Of a stretch of 39,576 nt of DNA, positions 15,678-25,540 are shown piece after piece (position 1 is the first letter of the stretch; every line of letters starts with the position of its first letter). Under the pieces are notes generated by a model. The model made no database searches, had not been told where the DNA came from, and was given only the letters and a program-made list of their open reading frames with translations. The stretch comes from Candidatus Glassbacteria bacterium RIFCSPLOWO2_12_FULL_58_11 (GTDB lineage Bacteria; Gemmatimonadota; Glassbacteria; GWA2-58-10), in the NCBI GenBank assembly GCA_001780825.1, contig MFIX01000256.1, positions 1 through 39,576 of the forward strand. Reading direction: 5' to 3'. The position numbers were made by a program, and so were the translations under genes.

Positions 15678-16691
15678 ATGAAGCTGCTGGTTACCGGAGG
15701 GGCAGGGTTTATCGGCTCGAATTTCGTGCTCCACATGCTTCGGACCTATCCGGAGCTGGACCTGGTCAATGTGGATAAGCTAACCTATGCGGGCAATCTG
15801 GAGAACCTGAAAAGCCTGGAGGGGGACAAGCGCCACCGCTTCATAAAGCTGGATATCGGCGACAGCGCGGCAATCGAGCGGCTGGTCGGGGCTGAATTGC
15901 CGGATGCGGTGGTGAATTTTGCCGCTGAGAGTCATGTAGACCGCAGTATCGAGGGCCCCGAGGTCTTCCTGCGGACCAACGTGCTGGGTACTCTGTCCCT
16001 GCTGGAAGCCTGTCGCAAAGCGGGAACTCCGGTATTCCTGCAGATCGGAACGGATGAGGTTTACGGCTCTCTGGGCGAAGCCGGAAGTTTTACTGAACAG
16101 AGCCCTTTGCAGCCGAACAGCCCTTACGCGGCCAGTAAGGCCGGAGCGGACCACCTGGTGCGGGCCTACGGTAAGACCTATGGGATGGATGTCCGCATCA
16201 CCCGCTGTTCGAACAATTATGGGCCGTTCCAGTTTCCGGAAAAGCTGATCCCCCTGATGCTGACCAATGCTCTGGAGGGCCGTCCGCTGCCGGTGTACGG
16301 GGATGGCCTGAACGTGCGGGACTGGATTTTTGTCACCGATCATTGCCGGGCTCTCGACCTGGTGCTGCAAAAGGGAAAGCCCGGAGAAATTTATAATATC
16401 GGCGGAGTGGCGGAGAAGACTAATCTTGAGGTGGTCAAGACAATCCTGGCCGCGGTGGAAGCCGATCAGTCATTGATTCGCTTTGTCGAGGACCGGCCGG
16501 GGCACGACCGGCGCTATGCGATAGACAGCTCCAGGCTGCGCGGCGAGCTGGGCTGGGTCCCGGAGGTGGATTTCGGACAGGGGATCGCGCTGACTGTCCG
16601 CTGGTACCGCGAGCATGAAAGCTGGTGGCGGCGGATCAAGTCCGGTGAATACCGTCAGTATTACGAAAAAATGTACGGAAAAAGGCTATGA
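15678..16691 (+). CDS. rfbB: dTDP-glucose 4,6-dehydratase
   Basis: It has TGGAGFIGSNF (Rossmann), the YAASKAGADHL catalytic YxxxK motif and the overall RmlB pattern. Confidence 0.95.
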   Translation: MKLLVTGGAGFIGSNFVLHMLRTYPELDLVNVDKLTYAGNLENLKSLEGDKRHRFIKLDIGDSAAIERLVGAELPDAVVNFAAESHVDRSIEGPEVFLRTNVLGTLSLLEACRKAGTPVFLQIGTDEVYGSLGEAGSFTEQSPLQPNSPYAASKAGADHLVRAYGKTYGMDVRITRCSNNYGPFQFPEKLIPLMLTNALEGRPLPVYGDGLNVRDWIFVTDHCRALDLVLQKGKPGEIYNIGGVAEKTNLEVVKTILAAVEADQSLIRFVEDRPGHDRRYAIDSSRLRGELGWVPEVDFGQGIALTVRWYREHESWWRRIKSGEYRQYYEKMYGKRL

Positions 16692-17551
16692 GGATTCTGG
16701 TCACCGGCGCCGCGGGAATGCTGGGAAAGGACCTCGTACCGGTCCTGGCCAGGAAGCACCGGGTCAGGGGCGCGGACCTGGCGGATTTCGATGTGACCGA
16801 CCGGGAAGCGGCGGAGAGGTTTATCGGCGCCGAGAGGCCCGAAATGGTGATCCACGCTGCTGCTTTTACCGATGTTGAAGGCGCGGAGCACGACCCGGCC
16901 CGGGTGATGAGGGTCAATGCCGACGGAGCGCGGAATGTAGCTGCCGCCTGCGGCTTTCATGGCGCGCGGCTGATCCTGATCAGCACCGATTACGTCTTCG
17001 ACGGGACCAAGGGCGCTCCCTATGTCGAGTCCGACCGGCCCGCTCCGCTGAATGTCTATGGCCGGAGCAAGCTGGAGGGTGAGCGTCTGGCCCGCCAGGA
17101 GCTTCCCGGCGTGACTGTCATCCGCACCGCCTGGCTTTACAGTGCCGGGGGGCGGAACAATTTCCCGGCTAAAATCCTCAAGGCCGCCCGCAAAGGGAAA
17201 AGCCTGAAGGTTGTCGCGGACGAGGTGGGCAGCCCGACCTGGGCGGCCGACCTGGCGAAAGCCATCGGGCAAATAGTGGATCTCGGCGCGGCAGGCCCTC
17301 TGTACCATCTGGCAGGCGGCGGTTTCTGTTCCCGCTTTGAAATGGCGATGGAGCTGTTCTCCTGCCTGGGGATCAGAGATTGCGAGCTGGTGAAAGTGAG
17401 CCGGGAGAATTACCCCGCCAATGTCCTCCGGCCGCAGAACAGCAGTCTGGACTCGGAGCGGATCGGCCGGGAAGGGATAAAGCCTCTGCGCAATTGGAAA
17501 GAGAGTTTGAGGGAGTTTGCCGGCATGCTCGGCAGCCATCAGGTTGGCTGA
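16688..17551 (+). CDS. rfbD: dTDP-4-dehydrorhamnose reductase
   Basis: It has VTGAAGMLGKDL, STDYVFDG and YGRSKLEGE. Its start overlaps the rfbB stop by 4 nt (ATGA). Confidence 0.9.
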   Translation: MRILVTGAAGMLGKDLVPVLARKHRVRGADLADFDVTDREAAERFIGAERPEMVIHAAAFTDVEGAEHDPARVMRVNADGARNVAAACGFHGARLILISTDYVFDGTKGAPYVESDRPAPLNVYGRSKLEGERLARQELPGVTVIRTAWLYSAGGRNNFPAKILKAARKGKSLKVVADEVGSPTWAADLAKAIGQIVDLGAAGPLYHLAGGGFCSRFEMAMELFSCLGIRDCELVKVSRENYPANVLRPQNSSLDSERIGREGIKPLRNWKESLREFAGMLGSHQVG

Positions 17552-17564
17552 GGATGGGTTGTGG

Positions 17565-17996
17565 ATGAATGAAGGCAAGGTCGTGGAGCGAGAAAAGCAA
17601 TCGAGGCTGATGCTCTGGCTGCCGGTAATTGTCTGGCTGAGCCTGATTTTTATCGCCAGCAGCATTCATACTCCGTTCAGGGTGTTGAGAGTATTCCGCT
17701 ACCAGGATAAGCTGATACACCTGGTGGAGTTCGGCATACTCGGCGCGCTGCTGGCCCGGGCGGTTTACCGCAAAGGTCTGGAAAGCCGCTGGCGCTACTG
17801 GGCCTGTATCGGAGCGGCTTCGCTCTACGGCGCTCTGGATGAGTTCCACCAGGCGTTCGTGCCCGGCCGTTCGGTGGACTGGAGCGATTTCGCGGCGGAT
17901 AGTTTCGGCGCTTTCATCTTTGTCTGGGTCTGGCTCAGCCTTAAGGGCCAGGGTTTGCTCAGGCTGCGGGAGCGCGTGCGAAAGACGGCTGAATGA
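17565..17996 (+). CDS. VanZ-like family membrane protein
   Basis: DKLIHLVEFGILGALL and DEFHQAFVPGRSVDWSDFAADSFGA are VanZ hallmarks. The start is uncertain: the ATG at 17565 avoids overlap with rfbD, while the track ATG at 17517 overlaps it by 35 nt. Confidence 0.75.
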   Translation: MNEGKVVEREKQSRLMLWLPVIVWLSLIFIASSIHTPFRVLRVFRYQDKLIHLVEFGILGALLARAVYRKGLESRWRYWACIGAASLYGALDEFHQAFVPGRSVDWSDFAADSFGAFIFVWVWLSLKGQGLLRLRERVRKTAE

Positions 17997-18062
17997 GCCG
18001 CGCATCGCGAGCCGGAATGATGATATCATTCGATCTATAAGCAAGGAATATCTGAGGTACTG

Positions 18063-19340
18063 ATGCAATACAAAGCCCCGCGGGGGACCCAGGACATACT
18101 GCCCGGAGAGGTTGAGCGCTGGCAGCGCTTTGAGGAGATTTCCCGCCGGGTCCTCTCAAATTATGGTTACCGGGAAATCCGCACACCGATTTTCGAACAG
18201 AAAGAGCTTTTTCTGCGGGCGGTGGGGCAGGAGACGGATATCGTCCAGAAAGAGATGTACTGCTTCACGGACCGTAAGGAGCGCTGGTTCGCGCTGCGCC
18301 CCGAGGGCACCGCTCCGGTGATCCGTTCCTATGTCGAGCACGCCCTCTGGAAGGACCGTCCGTTCCAGAAGCTCTATTATATCGGCCCGATGTTCCGCTA
18401 CGACCGTCCGCAGAAAGGCCGTTACCGCCAGTTCCACCAGGTGGGCGCCGAGGCGGTGGGCAGCCTTGAGCCGCTGGTGGATGCGGAGGTTATTGCCACG
18501 GTGCGGCAGTTGCTCGAAGCGGCGGGCGTGAAAAAAGTCATTCTCAAGCTCAACAGCCTGGGAGATGCGGAAAGCCGGGGCAAATACGCCGCGGCCCTGA
18601 AAAAATATTTTTCCGGCAAAAGAGAGTCTCTTTGCCCGGACTGCCGGGTGCGTCTGGAGGCTAACCCGTTGCGTATCCTCGACTGCAAGGTCCCCGAGTG
18701 CAATGAGCTGAGCCGGGATATCCCGCCGATGGAGGAGTACCTCAGCCCGGACAGCCTCCGGCACTACGAATCGGTCCAGCGCTGGCTGACTGTGTCAGGC
18801 GTGAGTTTCGAGAAAGATAAAAACCTGGTACGTGGACTGGACTATTATACCCGGACCGCTTTCGAGTTCCATCACGGCGAGCTGGGGGCCTCGGTGGCCC
18901 TTGGCGGCGGAGGCCGCTACGACAGCCTGGTGGCCGAATGCGGCGGCCCGGATACTCCGGCGATCGGTTTCTCCCTGGGGAGCGAGCGGGTCCTGCTTGC
19001 CGCCTCCCAGGACAGTGGCGGGGAAGCAGATGACGGCGGCGCGGGCAAAAAACTTGGCCTTTACCTGGCCTGGCTGGGCCCGGAGGCCTGCGAAAAAGCT
19101 CTCGGGCTGGCGGCAGCGCTGCGGAAGTTTATCCGGGTCGAGATGGATCTGGAGCCCAGGAGCCTCAAGGCGCAGTTGCGCCAGGCGAACAAGCTCGAGG
19201 TCAGCCACGCGGTAATCCTGGCCGGAGATGAGCTGGCGCGGGATCTGGCCCAGTTTAAAGAGATGACCACCGGCGCGCAGGAGGAAATCGGGCTTGCGAA
19301 TCTGGAGGAGTTTGTCAAAACGAAGTTGAATGTCGGATGA
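18063..19340 (+). CDS. hisS: Histidine--tRNA ligase
   Basis: The N-terminus is MQYKAPRGTQDILP and the class II motifs include FRYDRPQKGRYRQFHQ. The length is 425 aa. Confidence 0.95.
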   Translation: MQYKAPRGTQDILPGEVERWQRFEEISRRVLSNYGYREIRTPIFEQKELFLRAVGQETDIVQKEMYCFTDRKERWFALRPEGTAPVIRSYVEHALWKDRPFQKLYYIGPMFRYDRPQKGRYRQFHQVGAEAVGSLEPLVDAEVIATVRQLLEAAGVKKVILKLNSLGDAESRGKYAAALKKYFSGKRESLCPDCRVRLEANPLRILDCKVPECNELSRDIPPMEEYLSPDSLRHYESVQRWLTVSGVSFEKDKNLVRGLDYYTRTAFEFHHGELGASVALGGGGRYDSLVAECGGPDTPAIGFSLGSERVLLAASQDSGGEADDGGAGKKLGLYLAWLGPEACEKALGLAAALRKFIRVEMDLEPRSLKAQLRQANKLEVSHAVILAGDELARDLAQFKEMTTGAQEEIGLANLEEFVKTKLNVG

Positions 19341-19429
19341 TTGAGTATTCAGGCGGTTAAATCGGCGGTGCAACCTATTTCTGCCGCAAGGCCCAAGCCG
19401 GCGGCAACGCAGGAGGAGTCCGGATTTCC

Positions 19430-21223
19430 ATGGAAAGCAAACTGTTACAAACGCATTATAGAACAAGCACTTGCGGAGAGCTCAGGAAAGAAGATATCGG
19501 CAGACAGGTAACCCTCATCGGCTGGGTATTTCGCTGGCGCGATCATGGGGGGATGGTGTTTATCGATATGCGGGACCGCTACGGCGTGACCCAGGTGGTT
19601 TTCGACCGGAAATCCGCCGAGCAGGACATCGATGACCTGGCCCACCGCCTGCGCGCCGAATACGTCATCCAGATCCGCGGCAAGGTCCGCCCGCGGCCCG
19701 CGGGCACGGTCAACCCTAATTTGTCCACCGGCGAGATCGAGATCAGCGCGGACCATCTGGAAATCCTGTCCGAGAGCGACAACCCGCCTTTCCGGCTGGA
19801 TGACAAGGGCTCGGTCAATGAAGACTTGCGCCTGACCTACCGCTACCTGGACCTGCGCCGCGAGGAGCTGCAGAAATACCTGATAATCCGCCACAAGGCG
19901 GTCACCGCGACCCGGAACTATTTCGACCGGAACGGTTTTCTGGATATCGAAACACCGATACTCTGCAAGCCTACCCCCGAGGGCGCCCGGGATTTTCTGG
20001 TTCCCGCCCGTCTGCATCCGGGCAAGTTTTACGCGCTGCCGCAGAGCCCGCAGCTTTACAAACAGCTCCTGATGGTGAGCGGGTTCGACCGCTATTACCA
20101 GATCGCACGCTGTTTCCGGGATGAGGACCTGCGCGCCGACCGTCAGCCGGAATTCACTCAGATCGATGTCGAGATGTCGTTCATCGTCGAGGATGACATC
20201 ATCCGGGTGGTGGAGGGCCTGTTGCAGGCGATATTCTCAGAGACGCTGGGGATCGAGATTCCGGCAACTTTCCCGCGCCTGAGCTACGATGAGGCGATGG
20301 AGCGCTTCGGGATCGACCGCCCGGACACCCGTTACGGTCTCGAGATCCAGGACTTTTCCGCCTGTTTCGGCAACTGCGGCTTCCGCGTCTTTGATTCCCT
20401 GCTTTCCACCGGCGGCCGGATCAGGGGGATCGTGGTGCCCGGCGCGGCCCGCTACAGCCGCAAGGAGCTGGATGACCTGAACGCCCTGGCGGCGGAAATG
20501 GGCTCAAAGGGATGTGTCTGGCAGCGCGTAGGCAAAAAGGGCGAACACGACAGCTCAATCAAGAATTATGTCGAACAGAAATTCCTCGATGCGGCGGCGG
20601 AGCACGGCAAGGCCTCTGCCGGCGACCTGATCGTCTATGTGGGCGGCACCGACGGGGTCACCTCGAAAGCCCTGGCCCGGCTGCGCCAGTTCCTGGGCGA
20701 TAAAGAGGGGTTGATCGACAAAAACCGTCTGGATTTCCTCTGGGTGACCGATTTCCCCCTGTTCGAGCGCGATCCGGCGAGCGGCGCGCTCAGCCCAGCG
20801 CACCATCCTTTCACCAGCCCGCGTCCCGAGGACCTGGATAAGCTGACCACCAGCCCCGAGCTGGTGCGCAGCCGGGCTTATGATGTCGTGTTGAACGGGA
20901 ACGAGATCGGCGGAGGTAGCATCCGTATCCACAACCGCGAGGTGCAGCGCAGAATTTTCACCGCCCTCGGAATCTCGGATGAAGATGCCGAATACAAGTT
21001 CGGCTTCCTGCTCAAGGCCTTTCAGTTCGGGCCTCCGCCCCACGGCGGGATCGCGCTCGGCGTGGATCGGATCGCCATGCTGCTCACCGGCACCGATTCG
21101 ATCCGGGATGTAATCGCCTTTCCGAAAACCGCCAAGGCGAGCGCGCTGATGGAGGATTCGCCTTCGATTGTCAATGAGCACGAGCTGCTGGAACTGCATA
21201 TCAGAAGGATCGTCAGGAGCTGA
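19430..21223 (+). CDS. aspS: Aspartate--tRNA ligase, bacterial type
   Basis: It has an OB-fold N-terminus, [26 protein letters not shown] and GIALGVDRI. The 597-aa length is consistent with the bacterial insertion domain. Confidence 0.95.
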   Translation: MESKLLQTHYRTSTCGELRKEDIGRQVTLIGWVFRWRDHGGMVFIDMRDRYGVTQVVFDRKSAEQDIDDLAHRLRAEYVIQIRGKVRPRPAGTVNPNLSTGEIEISADHLEILSESDNPPFRLDDKGSVNEDLRLTYRYLDLRREELQKYLIIRHKAVTATRNYFDRNGFLDIETPILCKPTPEGARDFLVPARLHPGKFYALPQSPQLYKQLLMVSGFDRYYQIARCFRDEDLRADRQPEFTQIDVEMSFIVEDDIIRVVEGLLQAIFSETLGIEIPATFPRLSYDEAMERFGIDRPDTRYGLEIQDFSACFGNCGFRVFDSLLSTGGRIRGIVVPGAARYSRKELDDLNALAAEMGSKGCVWQRVGKKGEHDSSIKNYVEQKFLDAAAEHGKASAGDLIVYVGGTDGVTSKALARLRQFLGDKEGLIDKNRLDFLWVTDFPLFERDPASGALSPAHHPFTSPRPEDLDKLTTSPELVRSRAYDVVLNGNEIGGGSIRIHNREVQRRIFTALGISDEDAEYKFGFLLKAFQFGPPPHGGIALGVDRIAMLLTGTDSIRDVIAFPKTAKASALMEDSPSIVNEHELLELHIRRIVRS

Positions 21224-21402
21224 GGCTCGATGGGCGTATTTCCGGGAGCCATCTTGTAATTGGCTCGGAAAAATGCCAGATTTAAACGGTACTAAGCGAA
21301 TTATTTTGTGTTTGAGGAACGCTGCGGCTGTCCGGTCGCCTCAAGTTTGTGGCGCAGACAGCGGAAAAGTGACGGACAGGGGAGGAATAGCCAGGCTTAA
21401 CA

Positions 21403-22410
21403 ATGGTAAAAGCCACCGACAGAAACCAGGCCACCCGCCGGATTCCCATCGAGGGCGTCGATATGCTGAGCCTTCTCGGGCCCAACGACCGCAACCTGCG
21501 GCTGTTGGAAACAGTCTTCGACTGTGAGGCATATCTCCGGGGCGGCGAGCTGGTGGTGACTGGCGAGGAGCAGGCGGTTTCGGAGCTCGAAAACACCCTG
21601 CGCAGGGTGATCGCCCTGGTGCAGACCGGCAAGAATCCGCAGGTGACCGAGATCGGCGAGATTGCCCGCCGGGTGCGCGAGGGGGACAGCGCTGAGGGTG
21701 AGCTGTACGAGCCGTCGAATGTTTATTTCACCGGCATGAAAAAGGTCATCAAGGCCCGGGGCAACGGCCAGAGCCGGTATCTGCGGATGATCGCGGAAAA
21801 CGACATCGTGATCGGGATCGGCCCCGCCGGAACTGGCAAGACCTACCTGGCGGTGGCCGCGGCGGTCGATTCGTTCAACAAGAAAAGGGTCAAAAGGATA
21901 ATTCTGGCCCGTCCGGCCGTGGAGGCAGGGGAGAGGCTGGGATTTTTGCCCGGAGACATGCAGGAAAAAGTCGACCCTTACCTTCGCCCGCTCTACGATG
22001 CCTTGAAAGACATGGTCCAGCCTGAAAAACTCGAGAAGTACCTGGAAAACGGCACTATCGAGATCGCGCCGATCGCTTTCATGCGCGGCCGCACCCTGCA
22101 TGACGCGTTCGTGATCCTGGACGAGGCGCAGAATGCGACCCGGCTGCAGATGAAAATGTTCCTGACCCGCCTGGGAGTCAACTCGAAAGCGGTAATCACC
22201 GGAGATAAAACCCAGATCGATCTCCCTCGCCCGGACCAGAGCGGACTGCTCCAGGTCGAGGAAATCCTCAAGGGGATCGACGGTATCGGTTTCACCTATT
22301 TCACGGATGAGGATGTGGTCCGTCACCGCCTGGTCCGCGACATTGTCCGGGCCTATCAGGCCGCCGGAGAGGATGAGGAAGAACAACTGCGGTTACCCGG
22401 CACGCGCTAG
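21403..22410 (+). CDS. phoH: PhoH-like ATPase (PhoH/YbeZ)
   Basis: It has the Walker A motif GPAGTGKTYLAVAAAV, the Walker B motif ILDEAQN and ITGDKTQIDLP. Confidence 0.9.
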   Translation: MVKATDRNQATRRIPIEGVDMLSLLGPNDRNLRLLETVFDCEAYLRGGELVVTGEEQAVSELENTLRRVIALVQTGKNPQVTEIGEIARRVREGDSAEGELYEPSNVYFTGMKKVIKARGNGQSRYLRMIAENDIVIGIGPAGTGKTYLAVAAAVDSFNKKRVKRIILARPAVEAGERLGFLPGDMQEKVDPYLRPLYDALKDMVQPEKLEKYLENGTIEIAPIAFMRGRTLHDAFVILDEAQNATRLQMKMFLTRLGVNSKAVITGDKTQIDLPRPDQSGLLQVEEILKGIDGIGFTYFTDEDVVRHRLVRDIVRAYQAAGEDEEEQLRLPGTR

Positions 22411-22555
22411 TGAGTGTCCAGGCGCGGTAAATTCGCCCTGCGCCGGAGCCGGGGCGGCTGAGTTCCTGCGGGTGAGAAATTTATTCCGGAGCAGTCCGGA
22501 TATCCGGTATTTGACAGTTGGGTGCGGATTAAATCATGCTTTGAAAAGGTGAGCA

Positions 22556-24970
22556 GTGGAAAGCAGCAGGCGGAAAGTCAAGCTCAGAGTAAAGAAATCG
22601 ATCAAATGGTTCAAGAGCTGGAGCCGGATCGAGACCGGGCGGCGGAATATATTTTTCCAGCACGGGGCCAGAATATTCCTGCTTCTGGCGCTGGCCTGGC
22701 TGGCTCTGGTACTCACGCCCGGCCGCCGCACCATTGATCCGTTTTTCGATGTCCAGGCGGGCAGTGTTGCCGACCGGGATGTGATCGCCCCCTTCGATTT
22801 CCCGGTCCATAAGAGCCAGACTGAGCTGGAGCGGGAACGGCGGGAGGCCGCGGACAGGGTAAAGCCGGTGCTCGAATTCCTGCCCGGAGTCAGGGATGTC
22901 GCCATCCAGGAAGAATCGTTGTTTTTCGACCTGCTGAAAAAAATCAGGAGCGATACGCTTGTCAAAAAATCGTTGGTCAGCTGGAATCGCTACCTCGATT
23001 TAACCCGCAATCAGAACAAAAAGTTCAAGATCAAGCCCGTAGTCCTCCAATATCTCTATTCCGCGGATTCCCTGCTCACCCTCTCGGATGATGAAATTAT
23101 CTACCTCTTCGATCCGGTGCGCTCCAGCCTGCTGCGCAACCGTCTGAAAGACTACCTCGTAAGCCGTCTGCGCGAGGGGATAATCAGCGATGCGGCCCTG
23201 AGCCGGATTGAGAACGAGGAGGTGCTGCTGCGCCGGGATGGCGAGGAGAAGGTGGTCGAGTCGAGCAGCCTCAACTCGCTCTCCCGGGTGATAGAACAAT
23301 CGATGAGCGAGGTCATCGATCCGGAGTACCAGGAGGTGAGCAAGAGCCTGTTCGTACAGGAGCTGCGCCGGTTCATCCGCGCTAATATAATTTACAACTG
23401 GACCGAGACCGAGCGCCTGCGCCAGGTGGCCGCCGCCGCGGTCAAGCCGGTCCGGGATGAAATGGTGCTCAAGGATGAAAAGATCCTCAGCCGCGGGGAA
23501 AAAGTCACGCCGGAACAGATGGAGCGCCTGGATAATCTGAGTGCGGAGCTCGAAAAGAGAGAGCTTGTCACCGGCGAGGCGGACCAGATCAGGCACGGGC
23601 TGGGGATATTCACGGTCTATCTGCTCCTGCTGCTGATCCTGGGGATTTACATTTACTTCTACCAGCGCGAGGACTATCAGCGGTTTTCAAAGCTGCTGAT
23701 AATCGCTATCTCTTTTGCGCTGGTCCTGCTTTGCTCCAGTCTTATCCTGGGCCGGCCGGAGCTCCCCGGCTACCTCATTCCGGTGGCTGTCGCCGCGATG
23801 CTGATCGCTTATCTGCTGGACGATCAACTGGCGATGGTGGCGACATTTTGCCTTTCCCTGATGATCGGCGTGCAGGCGAATTTCTCGAGCTATCTGGTGC
23901 TGCTGTCCCTGGCCGGTGGAATTGCGGCGGCGATCAGCGTGCGCCGGATCGAAAGCCGGCGCGCCCAGTATCTGCCGATCCTTTACGTGGCGGCGGCCTA
24001 TGTGCTGGTGCTCTTTGCCGTGGACTTCGCCTACCGCGGAGAGGATTTTAACACCGTGCTACGGTCTGCGGGCTGGTGCACCCTGAATGCCACCTTGTCG
24101 ACATTTATCGCGATTCCTTTACTGCCTCTGTTCGAATCGGTTTTTAAAATCACCAGTAATTTTACTCTGCTCGAGCTGGGCGACCTGAACCGTCCGCTGC
24201 TCAAGCGCCTCTCCCTGGAGGCCCCCGGGACCTACCACCATTCGCTGATTATCGGCAGCCTGGCCGAGGCGGCAGCCGCCGGTATCGGCGCAAACCCGAT
24301 CTATGCCCGAGTAGCCAGCTATTACCACGACATCGGGAAAATGAGGAAACCGGAGTACTTTATTGAGAACCAGTCCGGCAAGCCGAACCCGCACAATAAG
24401 CTCAGCCCGAAAATGAGCAGCCTGATCATCGCCAGCCATGTCAAGGAGGGTGTCGATCTTGCCCGCAAGGCTCGTCTCCCGGAGTGCATCATCGACATCA
24501 TCCGCGAGCATCACGGCAATCAGCCGATCTCCTTTTTCTACTCCAAGGAGAAAGAGCAGAACCCGGATACGACCCTGCGGGAGGGGGATTTCTGCTATCC
24601 CGGACCCAAGCCGATGAGCAAGGAGGCGGCGATAATAATGCTGGCGGATGCGGTCGAGTCCGCCTCGCGCTCGCTCAGCGAGCCGACTGTCAGCCGGATC
24701 AAAAGCCTGATCAGGGGCTTGATCGAGGCCAAGCTCCGCGACGGGCAGCTGGATTACGCCGACCTGACTCTCAGGGACCTGACCCGCATCGGGGATGAAT
24801 TCTTCAATATCCTGATCGGGGTCCATCACCACCGCATAGAGTATCCGTCCTCCGGGGAGAAGCCTCAGGATGCCAAAGGACCGAACAGCCGGACTAAAAT
24901 TGTTTCTGGCCCGGACGGTAAGGATGAAACTGGAGGGGTTGTACTCACCCCTCGGGAAGATGTTGACTGA
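22556..24970 (+). CDS. pgpH: 7TM receptor with intracellular HD (HDIG) hydrolase domain, YqfF/PgpH family
   Basis: The protein has an N-terminal anchor, a large extracytoplasmic domain, about seven TM helices and then an HD domain (HHSLIIGSLAE...YYHDIGK...HHG). The GTG start at 22556 has AAGGTGA upstream. The last ~40 residues are low-complexity. Confidence 0.85.
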   Translation: MESSRRKVKLRVKKSIKWFKSWSRIETGRRNIFFQHGARIFLLLALAWLALVLTPGRRTIDPFFDVQAGSVADRDVIAPFDFPVHKSQTELERERREAADRVKPVLEFLPGVRDVAIQEESLFFDLLKKIRSDTLVKKSLVSWNRYLDLTRNQNKKFKIKPVVLQYLYSADSLLTLSDDEIIYLFDPVRSSLLRNRLKDYLVSRLREGIISDAALSRIENEEVLLRRDGEEKVVESSSLNSLSRVIEQSMSEVIDPEYQEVSKSLFVQELRRFIRANIIYNWTETERLRQVAAAAVKPVRDEMVLKDEKILSRGEKVTPEQMERLDNLSAELEKRELVTGEADQIRHGLGIFTVYLLLLLILGIYIYFYQREDYQRFSKLLIIAISFALVLLCSSLILGRPELPGYLIPVAVAAMLIAYLLDDQLAMVATFCLSLMIGVQANFSSYLVLLSLAGGIAAAISVRRIESRRAQYLPILYVAAAYVLVLFAVDFAYRGEDFNTVLRSAGWCTLNATLSTFIAIPLLPLFESVFKITSNFTLLELGDLNRPLLKRLSLEAPGTYHHSLIIGSLAEAAAAGIGANPIYARVASYYHDIGKMRKPEYFIENQSGKPNPHNKLSPKMSSLIIASHVKEGVDLARKARLPECIIDIIREHHGNQPISFFYSKEKEQNPDTTLREGDFCYPGPKPMSKEAAIIMLADAVESASRSLSEPTVSRIKSLIRGLIEAKLRDGQLDYADLTLRDLTRIGDEFFNILIGVHHHRIEYPSSGEKPQDAKGPNSRTKIVSGPDGKDETGGVVLTPREDVD

Positions 24971-25337
24971 CCTGCTGGGCGCTCATGGAGTGACCGAATC
25001 CGAGCTTTCCCTGACTTTTGTCGGCCGGGACCGGATCAGGCGGCTCAATCAGCGGTATCTCGGCCGCGACCGGGTGACCGATGTGCTCGCCTTCGACCTC
25101 TCGGACGCTAAAGGCAAGGCCGGGGACAGGCCGCTGGTCGGCGATATCTATGTCTGTGTCGCCCGGGCGGCAGGCCAGGCGAAAGAGCGGGAAATGAGCC
25201 TCGAGGAAGAGCTGTTCCGGCTCGCCGCCCATGGAGCGCTGCACCTGCTGGGTTATGACCACGAGCGGCCCGGCCAGGCGCTGCGGATGACCCGGTTGCA
25301 GGAGGAAGCGGTAAAGAAATATTTTCCTGTCCCATGA
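24870..25337 (+). CDS. ybeY: Endoribonuclease YbeY (rRNA maturation factor)
   Basis: It has the zinc motif HGALHLLGYDHE and TDVLAFDL. The start is ambiguous: ATG 24870 overlaps the upstream gene by 101 nt, ATG 24924 by 47 nt and ATG 24960 by 11 nt. Only the longest form retains the expected N-terminal strand and helix. Confidence 0.85.
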   Translation: MPKDRTAGLKLFLARTVRMKLEGLYSPLGKMLTDLLGAHGVTESELSLTFVGRDRIRRLNQRYLGRDRVTDVLAFDLSDAKGKAGDRPLVGDIYVCVARAAGQAKEREMSLEEELFRLAAHGALHLLGYDHERPGQALRMTRLQEEAVKKYFPVP

Positions 25338-25377
25338 CCTGGATTTTTTGTCCAATGCCGCAAACCCGGTGGATACT

Positions 25378-25406
25378 GACCCCTGTGTCCGCGCGGCATG
25401 CCGCGC
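25378..25406. repeat. REP remnant (15-mer identical to a REP arm) fused to the 16-bp perfect palindrome GCGCGGCATGCCGCGC
   Basis: GACCCCTGTGTCCGC (25378-25392) equals the loop plus 3' stem of the reverse-complemented REP arm at 2836-2861. The palindrome spans 25391-25406. The element lies 41 nt downstream of the ybeY stop. Confidence 0.4.
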
Positions 25407-25540
25407 AAACGGCATTTTATATGTAATAAACGAGTTAGATAGATTGATACCTTTTGGTACAGAGAAGGATATTATTCGGCTCCGCAGCCATTCGGATATT
25501 TGCTTGAAATGTTAACCTGAACCTGGCGCCGGGCATTGTT

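Noticed and set aside
25338-25540. M-box (ykoK) Mg2+ riboswitch upstream of the CorC/MgtE genes, also considered for 28176..28223.
   Set aside because: GAGTTAGATAGATTG only weakly resembles the GTTAGGTGAGGCTCC core and the remaining conserved M-box helices are absent. The gap before mgtE is far too short for a 160-nt aptamer.
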